A DNA stretch of 41,005 nt from Fibrobacteria bacterium (GTDB taxonomy: Bacteria > Fibrobacterota > Fibrobacteria > UBA11236), in NCBI GenBank assembly GCA_041746255.1, contig JBGTHM010000062.1, positions 1 to 41,005 on the forward strand, given 5' to 3'. The position numbers and the translations under genes were made by a program. The notes under the pieces were generated by a model. That model ran no database searches and was not told the origin of the DNA. It saw nothing but the letters and a program-made list of their open reading frames with translations. Positions 19,994 to 29,087 of the stretch are shown here, one piece after another; position 1 is the stretch's first letter; every line of letters begins with the position of its first letter.

Positions 19994-20581
19994 TCAACGC
20001 TTTACCAGTAGGGCTTGGATATCGGTTTTGATGAGAGATGGGGTTTCCTGGGGGTCGAAGTCGCGGTAACGCACGTATTCCCCCTTCTCGTTCACTACGA
20101 GGACGAGCGGTATGGTACCGGTTCCATAATGCTCGCCGAAAAGCCTTTCGTGATCGTGAAACACCGGCAGGTGCACTTTGTATTCCCTTATGAAGCCGCG
20201 TACGTCGTCGGGCGAGTTGTTTCGGACGGCGATGGCAATGGTGGTGACGCCGGCGGAGGATAATTCTCCGGACAGTTTCTGGATATGGGGAAAGGCCGTT
20301 TGGCAGTGGGGGCATTTGGCGGAAAAATAATAGATGAGCAGCTTGCGGTTGGAAAAATGGGAGAGTTTCATGTGGGCATCGGAAACCGGGCTGCTGGACA
20401 AGGAGAAATCCAGCACCAACCGTCGTCCCTGCTTATCGGTTTCAAATTTGGGGGTATTGTCCTCAACTCCGGAAGCTACCGGGGTAACAACCGCCGGAAT
20501 CGAGGATTCGGGACCGGATTCCCCACGAATGATTCCTGTAATGAAAAGGCAGCTAACCAGCAATGTCGAATATCTTCGCAT
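19994..20581 (-). CDS. Exported TlpA/ResA-like thiol-disulfide oxidoreductase
   Basis: Signal peptide, FSAKCPHC (CxxC) and the cis-Pro motif GTIP. Confidence 0.85.
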   Translation of the reverse strand: MRRYSTLLVSCLFITGIIRGESGPESSIPAVVTPVASGVEDNTPKFETDKQGRRLVLDFSLSSSPVSDAHMKLSHFSNRKLLIYYFSAKCPHCQTAFPHIQKLSGELSSAGVTTIAIAVRNNSPDDVRGFIREYKVHLPVFHDHERLFGEHYGTGTIPLVLVVNEKGEYVRYRDFDPQETPSLIKTDIQALLVKR

Positions 20582-20765
20582 AAACGCCCCCTTTTGGCCC
20601 CATTCCCGGGAGGGATAAAATACAAGCCTGACCCCGTTCAGGGAAAGCGGAAATATCCATATACCCCCTATTTCGCGCTATCAGGGGGGATTTCTTTATT
20701 GTATAATTCTACCCATAAATCGGGGGTGCGAGGCGGGCGCCCTATTTCGCGGCAAAGGAAACCTT

Positions 20766-22505
20766 TTGGAAGCAAAGGCCGAAAATGGTGGCGCTCAGGC
20801 CGTGGTTAACAGCCTGAAGCAACAGAACGTCCAATTGCAGCATATCCTCAAATATAAGGATGATGTTGAAATTCCCAATCTCAAGCGTCAGCTGGCCCAT
20901 ACCCAGAGGGAATTACAATCGTTGGAGTCCCAATTAGCGGATAAATCCAAACAGGACGAGTTCCTGGATAGGCGAACCGGGATCATCCACATTGATAAAG
21001 ACAACCGGATTGTAAAAATCAATGCCTATGCCTTGGAGGTCGCGGGAACGTTACATTCCCAAGCCATCGGCCGCCCCATCCAGGAAATCGGCTCCGATAC
21101 CCAGGTGGGCCGCCCCATTTTCAGCGATATCGAATATCACCTTGAGCCCGAGGGCAAGGAAGTGGAGTGGGAAAAAGAGATCTTCATGCCCAACGGCGAG
21201 AAGCACTATTTCCAAATGCGCTGCGCGCTTGTCAATGGGACCCGGCTCATCACTCTCAGTGAGATTACCAAGCTGCGTATTTCCGAAAGCCGGGTCAAAG
21301 CCATAATCGGATCGTCCGAAGACGGAATCGCCATCATCGATGAGAATTCCATCATCCGCTCCACCAATGCGCGCTTTGGAAAGTTGGTCGGGTTGAACTG
21401 GCGGCAATTCGATGGGATGAAATTCGATATAGCGGTCGACCTGCTTCAATACCACTTCAAGCTGCCGCAAGAGTTCATGGATTTCTGTTCCAGCCTGCAC
21501 CGTGAACCGCATCTTTACATCAATAAGCGTTTCGACATGGTGCTTCCGCATCGGGCGACCTATCAGATTTATACGCGGCCCATCAGCGACGAGCACAGCC
21601 GTATCATCGGCAGGGTCTGGTTCATTACCGACGTGAGTCAGTTCATCGAGATGGAGCAGAAGCTGGTCGCATACGCCGAGGAACTGGAAGATATGGTCAA
21701 GGCCCGGACGGTCGAGCTCGAAGACAAGAAAGTGAAGCTCGAGGAACGGAACCACGAAATGGAAACCCAGCTCGATATGGCCATTCAGGTGCAGCAAGGG
21801 ATGTTGCCCACCACGCTGCCCAGCGCACCGGGATATGAAATGGCGCCTCTATACGCACCTACCGAAAAAGGGAAGGTGAGCGGCGATTTTTACGACGTCG
21901 TAAAACTGGACGACGACCACATCTTTTTTCTCATGACCGACGTTTCCGGTCATGGGGTACCCGCGGCTTTGGTGACGGCCATGGCCAAGATGACTTTCGA
22001 CCGGCGGGTGCGCGCAGGATTCTCGGTAGCCGAAGTGCTCACCCATGTGAACCACGATCTTTGCGCGGCCATCAATACCGATCATTACCTTACGGCTTTC
22101 GCGGCCATTTTGGAATTGAGCACGGGCAAGCTCACATACAGCCGCGTGTGCCATCCCTATCCCATGATTTTCCGCCAGGGAAAAAATACCATTGAGCATT
22201 TGCAAATGCGGGGAGGATTTTTCCTCGGCATGTTCAAAGATAACGACTACAAGGAAGAGGAAACTTATCTTGAACCGGGGGACTTGCTCTTTGTCTATAC
22301 CGACGGAATCAACGAAAGCTTCAATCACAAAGACGAACAGTATGGACGTCGCCGCCTGGCCGATGTCGTCCAAAAATATTCCCCCCTGGGTCCGCTGGAA
22401 ACCGTGCTTGCGGCCCAACAGGACCGGGAGCGTTTTTCCGAGGGATTGCAAAGCATGGATGACATAACCCTGTTCGCCATCAAAAGGAGCACCCCAAAAC
22501 CGTGA
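20766..22505 (+). CDS. Coiled-coil + tandem PAS + SpoIIE/PP2C phosphatase (RsbU-like)
   Basis: VSGDFYD, DVSGHGVPAA, YTDGINE and DDIT motifs; two PAS-like segments. TTG start after AAAGGA; TATAAT at 20702-20707. Confidence 0.9.
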   Translation: MEAKAENGGAQAVVNSLKQQNVQLQHILKYKDDVEIPNLKRQLAHTQRELQSLESQLADKSKQDEFLDRRTGIIHIDKDNRIVKINAYALEVAGTLHSQAIGRPIQEIGSDTQVGRPIFSDIEYHLEPEGKEVEWEKEIFMPNGEKHYFQMRCALVNGTRLITLSEITKLRISESRVKAIIGSSEDGIAIIDENSIIRSTNARFGKLVGLNWRQFDGMKFDIAVDLLQYHFKLPQEFMDFCSSLHREPHLYINKRFDMVLPHRATYQIYTRPISDEHSRIIGRVWFITDVSQFIEMEQKLVAYAEELEDMVKARTVELEDKKVKLEERNHEMETQLDMAIQVQQGMLPTTLPSAPGYEMAPLYAPTEKGKVSGDFYDVVKLDDDHIFFLMTDVSGHGVPAALVTAMAKMTFDRRVRAGFSVAEVLTHVNHDLCAAINTDHYLTAFAAILELSTGKLTYSRVCHPYPMIFRQGKNTIEHLQMRGGFFLGMFKDNDYKEEETYLEPGDLLFVYTDGINESFNHKDEQYGRRRLADVVQKYSPLGPLETVLAAQQDRERFSEGLQSMDDITLFAIKRSTPKP

Positions 22506-23497
22506 ACGTATTAATTGTCGGCGGAGCCGGATATATCGGCTCCCATGTAGCGAAGGAAATGCATCGGGCAGGCCATGAAACGGTGGTTTTCGACAACCTC
22601 TCCACGGGACTGCGCGTGAATCTGAGGCCGGATTCGGTTTTCCGTCATGGTGACATTTTGGATAGCCGGAGTCTGGACGCTGTCTGTTCCGAATTCCGTT
22701 TCGACGGCCTGGTGCATCTGGCGGCACGCAAAGCCGCGGGCGAATCGATGGAGAAACCCGAGATTTATTCGACCAGTAATCTCGTCGGATCCCTCAATCT
22801 TATCCATGCGGCCATCCGCCACCAGATTCCGCGCTTCGTATTTTCCTCCTCCGCGGCCGTATACGGCGAGCCCCAATACCAGCCGGTGGACGAGGGCCAC
22901 CCGAAGGTTCCTGAAAACTATTATGGTTTCACGAAACTGGAAATCGAAAAACTGCTGGACTGGTACGGCCGCTTGAAGGGACTGAAGTCCGCCTGTCTGC
23001 GCTATTTCAACGCAGCGGGTTATGACGTCGACGGCGATTTGGCCGGTCTGGAACAGAATCCTGCGAACCTATTGCCGGTGGTGATGGAAACGGCGATGGG
23101 ATGGCGGGAAAAATTGTTGATTTTCGGTGACGATTATCCCACCGAAGACGGCACTTGCATCCGCGATTATGTGCATGTGAGTGATTTGGCCCGGGCGCAT
23201 GTATTGGCCCTGGAACATCTGGAGCGCAGCGATGAGAGCCTGACCGTAAACCTCGGCTCCGAAAAAGGGGCGAGCGTGATGGAAATGGTGCGGGCGGCGA
23301 GCAGGATTTGCGGACGCGAATTGCCCCATGAAATCGTCGGCCGCCGACTGGGTGATCCCGCCAAACTTGTGGCTTCATCCGGATTGGCCAAGACCCTCCT
23401 GGGATGGGAAGCGCGCCACAGCGATATAAACACCTTGCTGGAGACGACTTGGCGGGCCTATCAAGCCAATGCCGCTCATACCCCTACGCGGGCCTAA
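22502..23497 (+). CDS. galE: UDP-glucose 4-epimerase
   Basis: GGAGYIGSH, FSSSAAVYG, YGFTK, LRYFNAAG and RDYVHV. GTGA overlap with the upstream gene. Confidence 0.95.
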   Translation: MNVLIVGGAGYIGSHVAKEMHRAGHETVVFDNLSTGLRVNLRPDSVFRHGDILDSRSLDAVCSEFRFDGLVHLAARKAAGESMEKPEIYSTSNLVGSLNLIHAAIRHQIPRFVFSSSAAVYGEPQYQPVDEGHPKVPENYYGFTKLEIEKLLDWYGRLKGLKSACLRYFNAAGYDVDGDLAGLEQNPANLLPVVMETAMGWREKLLIFGDDYPTEDGTCIRDYVHVSDLARAHVLALEHLERSDESLTVNLGSEKGASVMEMVRAASRICGRELPHEIVGRRLGDPAKLVASSGLAKTLLGWEARHSDINTLLETTWRAYQANAAHTPTRA

Positions 23498-23529
23498 GGG
23501 GCGGGAAAACCTTTCCTAATCTGATTTTC

Positions 23530-24387
23530 CTAATCATCCTGGGTGAAAGCCACGCTGCTCACGATGGCTAATTTGGAGGAAGCCACCGCCCTTTCAGCGA
23601 AGAAAACGTCCAAGGGATAGTTTTCTCCATCGATGAGGCCGAGGTCGTCCAGATAAACCGTGTCCCTTTGGGGGACATGAATGCCTCCCAAGTCGATGAC
23701 CCGTTTGGCGTTGATAAAAGCCCAAATATCGTCGTCGCCTTCGAAGGCGATGTAATCGCCGCTCCCAGCCTTGTAGGTGAAATGGACGTGAAACTCCATG
23801 GTAAACCCATAATTGTGCAAGGTGAGATCGTTTTCATCCTTCTTGCCCGTTTGCAAATGGCCGAATGGATCCGGATCGTCTTCGTGCCTTTTATCGTATT
23901 CGGATTCCGTGTCGAGTGGGAAGAACTTGGCGTTGCGGTAGGCGAACAGGCCATTTCCGTCTTTGTGAAAACGGAGGTCAATAAAAAAAGCGCGATTGGT
24001 ATCGGGTCCCTTGTCGGTATACCAATCGGAAAACCTTTCCGGAGGGTTGAAACAGGTGGCCAGGGTGGGAGGAAGGTCGGCAAGAATTTTGGGGATGCGG
24101 TTGTCTCCGGGGAATAACGGATCGGACTTTCCGGTAAGATCGAGTTCCTCTTCCACCGTATACACGCCTAATTCCTGAGCCGAGCAAGAACCGGCATTCT
24201 GGTTGAAATGCGGGTGCGTTTCTCCCGTGGCATTGGCATGTCCTTCACGGAAATCGCGCACTTTGGCCCGAATGTCGGTTCCCGGATCTGGAGTCGGGCT
24301 TGGATCGACGGTTTTACTCAAGTAGCCGCACCCTGTGTAAATCAGCGAAATCAATATAAACAGGTAGTGGAAGCCGATATGGGACAT
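23530..24387 (-). CDS. Fibro-slime domain lipoprotein
   Basis: Lipobox-like YTGC. HNYGFTME, FEGDDDIWAFIN, IDLGGIH and FFAER are fibro-slime (PA14-like) signatures. Confidence 0.9.
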   Translation of the reverse strand: MSHIGFHYLFILISLIYTGCGYLSKTVDPSPTPDPGTDIRAKVRDFREGHANATGETHPHFNQNAGSCSAQELGVYTVEEELDLTGKSDPLFPGDNRIPKILADLPPTLATCFNPPERFSDWYTDKGPDTNRAFFIDLRFHKDGNGLFAYRNAKFFPLDTESEYDKRHEDDPDPFGHLQTGKKDENDLTLHNYGFTMEFHVHFTYKAGSGDYIAFEGDDDIWAFINAKRVIDLGGIHVPQRDTVYLDDLGLIDGENYPLDVFFAERAVASSKLAIVSSVAFTQDD

Positions 24388-24479
24388 GCGAAGCTCCTTT
24401 GCTTGAGTCTGAAAATACCTTTGGAGGATTCCCTCAGAAAGGATTTTATATTGGATCCCATTTCCGCCAGGGGAGCGCT

Positions 24480-25979
24480 ATGGTGAATGGGGTATTGCCG
24501 AAAACATTGGGAGACTTGCAGCGCTCCGGGTATCGCAGCCGTTCTGTCAAAGAGGAGATGCGCGAGAACCTCATCCGGAAACTCAAAGCGGGGGAGACTT
24601 TGTTTCCGGGGATTTGGGGGTATGCCGATACCGTGATTCGTCAGGTACAACAGGCGGTGCTTGCCAAACACGACATATTGTTGCTGGGATTGCGTGGCCA
24701 GGGTAAAACCCGGCTCTTGCGGCAATTGACCGATTTACTCGATGATAAGCTGCCCATCGTAATGGGAAGCGAAGTCAACGACGATCCCTTCGCTCCGATT
24801 TCGCGGCAAGCCCGCGACTTGATTGCGGAAATGGGAGATGCAACACCTATTGAATGGATTGGCAAGGACAGGCGTTATGGAGAGAAGCTGGCTACTCCCG
24901 ACGTCTCCATGGCCGATCTTATCGGAGACCTCGATCCGGTCAAGGCTTTGAATCTAAAACTCGATTATGGCCATGAGGGCGCCATCCAATACGGCATCAT
25001 TCCCCGCACCAACCGCGGCATTTTCGTCATCAACGAATTGCCCGATTTGCAGGGCCGCATTCAGGTCGGCCTGTTGAACATTCTGGAAGAGCGCGATTTC
25101 CAAATCCGTGGTTTCCGTGTGCGCATTCCACTCGATGTCGTGGTGGCATTCTCCGCCAACCCCGAAGATTATACCAATCGGGGGAACATCATCACCCCGC
25201 TTAAAGATCGCATCGATTCGCAAATCATCACCCATTATCCCCGCACTCTCGAAACCGCCCTGTCCATTACGGCGCAAGAAGCATGGGTGCGGCGCGAGGG
25301 CGCGGTCCCCGATTTGCGTATTCCACCTCTAATCGCCCGGGCGGTAGAGGAAATCGTTTTCCAGGCCCGCGAAGACAAGGATTACGTGGACCAGAAATCC
25401 GGGGTATCGGCGCGGTTATCGATTTCCGCCCTGGAGAATATCGCCAGCGCCATCGAATTGCGTGGACTGGCCACCTCCGACGAGCGGCCCAACGCGCGCT
25501 TCAGTGATTTGGAAAGCGCCGTTCCGGCCATCACGGGAAAACTGGAGTTGGTCTATGCCGGTGAGCAGGAAGGTCCTATCAATACCGCGCGTCTCATGAT
25601 CAGCCGTGCGGTGAAAAAGATTTTTCAGGATTATTTTCTCGATCCGTATAACAAAAAAGAAAGGGAGCCCGAACAGAATCCCTACTTTCCCATCATTTCC
25701 TGGTTCGAGCAGGGTAATGCTCTGATTTTAAGCGACAAAATGACGGACAGTCAATATTTGCAGGCGTTGGAGTCGGTGCCGGGTTTGGAGGAGGCGCTTA
25801 AAACCTGCGCTCGCAACGCGAAGGGTCTTGCCATCGAAGTCGCCGAAAAGGGTCAGCGAGGCCTGTATCTCGAGCTGATACTGGAAGGGCTTCAGGCTAA
25901 TGGCAGGCTTACCAAGGAAAACCTCACCGATGGATTCGTCTATAAAGACATGATGTCGGGAATATTGAGCCGGGAATAA
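24480..25979 (+). CDS. Magnesium-chelatase-like AAA+ ATPase (MoxR-related)
   Basis: Walker A GLRGQGKT, variant Walker B FVINELPDL and SANPEDYTNRG.IITPLKDRI. Confidence 0.88.
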   Translation: MVNGVLPKTLGDLQRSGYRSRSVKEEMRENLIRKLKAGETLFPGIWGYADTVIRQVQQAVLAKHDILLLGLRGQGKTRLLRQLTDLLDDKLPIVMGSEVNDDPFAPISRQARDLIAEMGDATPIEWIGKDRRYGEKLATPDVSMADLIGDLDPVKALNLKLDYGHEGAIQYGIIPRTNRGIFVINELPDLQGRIQVGLLNILEERDFQIRGFRVRIPLDVVVAFSANPEDYTNRGNIITPLKDRIDSQIITHYPRTLETALSITAQEAWVRREGAVPDLRIPPLIARAVEEIVFQAREDKDYVDQKSGVSARLSISALENIASAIELRGLATSDERPNARFSDLESAVPAITGKLELVYAGEQEGPINTARLMISRAVKKIFQDYFLDPYNKKEREPEQNPYFPIISWFEQGNALILSDKMTDSQYLQALESVPGLEEALKTCARNAKGLAIEVAEKGQRGLYLELILEGLQANGRLTKENLTDGFVYKDMMSGILSRE

Positions 25980-26003
25980 ATAGCCGGGAAAGCTGAAGCT
26001 ACC

Positions 26004-27137
26004 ATGGAAATCCGATATTCGCAAAGTCGTCGTCTGCATGCTTCCCAAGAGGGGGAGCGACCGGATATCGTGGATTTGTTTTCCCAGCTTTATCTGGCCA
26101 GTAACGGTGATTTGTCGCAGGCATTGGAATGGCTGCGCTGGGTGGCGGAGCAATATGGTCTGACTTCGGAGAACCGTACTTTCGAGGATATTCTCGATGA
26201 ACTCGAGGGCAAAGGATTGATATCGCGCGATAAGGGCGAGTTTCACTTGACTCCCATGGGCGACAGGACCGTTCGTGATTCGGTTTACGATCGCGTTTTT
26301 CAGGGATTAGGCAAAAGCCTAAGGGGCGGCCATGGCGTAGCGCAGCCTGGCCGGGGCGGGGAACGGCTTCCCGAAAGCCGTGCGTACCGGTATGGAGACG
26401 ATCCGGAGGAGGTGGATTTCGGAGGCACTTATCGCAATTATCTCCACCGCCGTCTCGGTTCCCCGGGAAACCCGCAGGAGGAAATGTCTGAGGGGGATTT
26501 GCGTGGCGAGGGAATTCAGGAGGAAGATTTCCTCCTCTACGAGCGCGAGGGTCAATACAACTGTTCCACGGTATTGATGATAGACATCAGCCATAGCATG
26601 ATCCTCTATGGTGAAGATCGTATCACTCCCGCCAAAATAGTGGCCATGTCGTTGGTCGAATACATTCGCCGGCATTTCCCGCGCGACACCATCGACGTGG
26701 TGACTTTCGGAGATGAAGCCACGGAAATCCCCGCCCGCGAAATCCCCCATATTTCCGTCGGCCCCTACCATACGAATACTTGCGACGGTCTTCGCGTAGC
26801 CCAGGCTCTGCTCCGCAGACGCCGTAATCCTAACAAACAAATCTTCATGGTCACCGACGGAAAGCCCTCGGCGATTTTTCACAAGGGCAGCCTTTATCGG
26901 AATTCCTTCGGACTCGATCCTCTGGTTTTATCGCAGACTTTCGCCGAGGCCCGTAATTGCCGCAAGTCCAAAATCCGGGTATGCACTTTTATGATCGCCC
27001 GCGATGCCTATCTCATTGAATTCGTGGAGAAATTCACGCGGTTATGCGAAGGAAAGGCCTTTTACACGGGACTGGATAATTTGGGGGATTTCATCTTCGT
27101 GGATTACGCGGCCAACCGACGCCGTCGCGTACGGTGA
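26004..27137 (+). CDS. VWA-domain protein, partner of the AAA+ ATPase
   Basis: MIDAS motif DISHS, GPYHTNT and MVTDGKPS. Confidence 0.88.
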   Translation: MEIRYSQSRRLHASQEGERPDIVDLFSQLYLASNGDLSQALEWLRWVAEQYGLTSENRTFEDILDELEGKGLISRDKGEFHLTPMGDRTVRDSVYDRVFQGLGKSLRGGHGVAQPGRGGERLPESRAYRYGDDPEEVDFGGTYRNYLHRRLGSPGNPQEEMSEGDLRGEGIQEEDFLLYEREGQYNCSTVLMIDISHSMILYGEDRITPAKIVAMSLVEYIRRHFPRDTIDVVTFGDEATEIPAREIPHISVGPYHTNTCDGLRVAQALLRRRRNPNKQIFMVTDGKPSAIFHKGSLYRNSFGLDPLVLSQTFAEARNCRKSKIRVCTFMIARDAYLIEFVEKFTRLCEGKAFYTGLDNLGDFIFVDYAANRRRRVR

Positions 27138-27143
27138 CTTGTT

Positions 27144-27911
27144 TCAGCGCTTGCCTTGCGGGCGGTTCAAAACCGGGGGCACGAATTCATATTGGAGGTC
27201 TAGGGTGGGCCCCGGATGCGATTCGGGCAGCGGAGGAAATCCGCGTACTCGCTTGAACGTATTCAAAGCTTCGCGATTAAAGGCCGCGTTTTCACTAGTC
27301 TTAATCAACCGCGCGTCCAGGATTTTGCCGTCGCGGCGTACGGTGATTTTGGCCACCGCGCGATTTTTCACCCGCGGTCCCTGCGGTGGTCTCCAATAAC
27401 CTTCCATCGTCTTGCGCACGCGCATAACCCACACTTGCATGTCGCCGTCCCGGGCTTGGGCCAATGAATCCTTTACCTCAGAGGCTTTTCGGGCTGCGAA
27501 TTCTTCGCGGGTTTCCTTTTTGCGACCGTCTAAATTGTATTCCACCGTTTTTAACAGGCGACCCTGATCATAAGTCATGATGACCTGGGGATTTCCATTG
27601 GGATACCAATAGGTGAGGGTGCTGTCTTTGCGGCCTTGATCAGCGAAACCCTGATACCAAAGCCGCCCGTCCTCATGCCATGCGGTGTATTCGCCATGCC
27701 TTTCGCCCGCTTGGTTGTGGCCCCGGAATTTTATTTGGCCGTTGGGATACCACCATTCCTCCAAGCCATGCTTTTTGCCTTCGCTGTCATAGGCGATGGC
27801 GTATTTCGGAGATTTATCAGCATAGCTGGCTTTTTGCACGTGGGATGGGGAGGCGCAAAAAAGCAAAAGGCCGAGCGTAACTAGAGCAAGCAGGATTCGG
27901 ATTAATGACAT
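27144..27911 (-). CDS. Exported or lipoprotein with MORN-variant repeats and a TonB/TolA C-terminal domain
   Basis: Repeats WWYPNGQ / WHEDGRL / YWYPNGN. C-terminal ITVRRDGKI...SENAAFNREAL...FPPLP. Confidence 0.8.
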   Translation of the reverse strand: MSLIRILLALVTLGLLLFCASPSHVQKASYADKSPKYAIAYDSEGKKHGLEEWWYPNGQIKFRGHNQAGERHGEYTAWHEDGRLWYQGFADQGRKDSTLTYWYPNGNPQVIMTYDQGRLLKTVEYNLDGRKKETREEFAARKASEVKDSLAQARDGDMQVWVMRVRKTMEGYWRPPQGPRVKNRAVAKITVRRDGKILDARLIKTSENAAFNREALNTFKRVRGFPPLPESHPGPTLDLQYEFVPPVLNRPQGKR

Positions 27912-27924
27912 CTGCAAAAGATAT

Positions 27925-28581
27925 TCAATAGCGGCGCATGACCCCAATCACCCGCCCCAGAATGGAGAAGTCGGGGATGGAATCGTCGATTACGATGGGG
28001 CGATAGGCGGAGTTCGCGGGCTCAAGCCGAACCCTTCCAATTTCGGGAAAGAAATACTTAACCGTTGTTTCCTCGCCCAGCAGCGCCACCACCACCTGAC
28101 CCGCATCGGCGGTAGATTGCTTGCGGGCAAAAATCAGGTCTCCGTCCAGAATCCCCGCCCCGATCATGGAATCGCCGCGCACCCTTAAGGCGAAAACATC
28201 CTGGCGCCGCATCAAAAATTCCCTGTCCACGATAACGGTGCCTTCCAGATTTTCCACGGCCTCAATGGGCACACCGGCGGCCACCCGGCCTAAAATGGGG
28301 ATTTCGATGGTTTTTTCCGATGCCGACTTTTTGGGCTGACTGACTTCTGAAATTTCGATGCCGCGGGAAAGTTTAGGAGAGCGGGTGATGTAATTTTTTT
28401 TGTCTAAGGCGGTTAGTATGCTGCGTACGCCATTGGTGGAACCAATCTGAAAGCGTTCCCCGATTTCCCTCAGGGTAGGGGGGCGGTGATCTTCTTCGAT
28501 ACGTTCTCTGATAAACTCGAAAACTTCGCGTTGTCGAGCCGTTAAGGGCTTTTTTTTCATGATTTTAGCGGTGGTCTTCAT
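27925..28581 (-). CDS. lexA: SOS repressor LexA
   Basis: LTARQ and PPTLREIG wHTH, cleavage site VAAG.P, catalytic GDSM and TVK. GGAGG SD before ATG 28581. Confidence 0.96.
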   Translation of the reverse strand: MKTTAKIMKKKPLTARQREVFEFIRERIEEDHRPPTLREIGERFQIGSTNGVRSILTALDKKNYITRSPKLSRGIEISEVSQPKKSASEKTIEIPILGRVAAGVPIEAVENLEGTVIVDREFLMRRQDVFALRVRGDSMIGAGILDGDLIFARKQSTADAGQVVVALLGEETTVKYFFPEIGRVRLEPANSAYRPIVIDDSIPDFSILGRVIGVMRRY

Positions 28582-28600
28582 TCTTGGGCCTCCAACTACC

Positions 28601-28640
28601 AAAGTACTGCACAAAAATGTACTTGTCAAGTTGTGCAGTA
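28601..28640 (-). promoter_or_regulatory. lexA sigma70-type promoter with an overlapping putative LexA operator
   Basis: Minus strand TTGACA (28629-28624), N17, TACTTT (28606-28601). Perfect inverted repeat TACTGCACAA (28605-28614) / TTGTGCAGTA (28631-28640). Confidence 0.75.
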
Positions 28641-28684
28641 GTTTTTGGATTGAAGGCGCCCCTGGAAATTGTTACCTTACTCCT

Positions 28685-28876
28685 GTGGTACTGCTCTATG
28701 TTCTACTGAGCTTAAGCTTTTTGATTTTTTGCGCATTGGTTCTATCCCTGGTCAGCCGCATCCATACTTTGGATTTACAGGCAAACAGGGTCATTTCGCT
28801 CCTAAATCAAGCAGAAGAAGAGGAGGTCGGGTTGATTTCAGCGCAGGCCCCTTCAGATGATTTGAAGAAAAAGTGA
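28685..28876 (+). CDS. Small single-pass membrane protein (63 aa), hypothetical
   Basis: GTG start, a long hydrophobic stretch and then a polar acidic tail. Divergent from lexA. Confidence 0.5.
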   Translation: MVLLYVLLSLSFLIFCALVLSLVSRIHTLDLQANRVISLLNQAEEEEVGLISAQAPSDDLKKK

Positions 28877-29087
28877 GTTTGCATCAGCGCGTACCGCACC
28901 CTTTCCGAACGGATGACTTTCCGCTCCCTCCACCTGGATGGAGTCGAAAAAAAACCGAGGGAGGGGTTATAATCAGGAAGAAGCCCGCCGCGTCCAAATT
29001 GTCGCGGTTAATGCAAGTGCCCATTGCACATATCGTTTTGGCTTCTTCTACACCTGTAAAACCAGTTCACCTGAGAGAAAGCGACTC

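Noticed and set aside
20766..22505. The phosphatase as the T6SS regulator PppA
   Set aside because: It is a SpoIIE/RsbU-type enzyme with PAS domains rather than the stand-alone PppA type, and it lies about 9 kb from the cluster.
24480..25979. Magnesium chelatase as evidence for phototrophy, or the ATPase as T6SS ClpV
   Set aside because: There are no bch/chl genes nearby, and a single AAA module paired with a VWA gene fits neither role.
29012..29028. TGCAA-N7-TTGCA inverted repeat as a second LexA box
   Set aside because: Its spacing and half-sites differ from the lexA promoter motif, and it is short enough to be chance.
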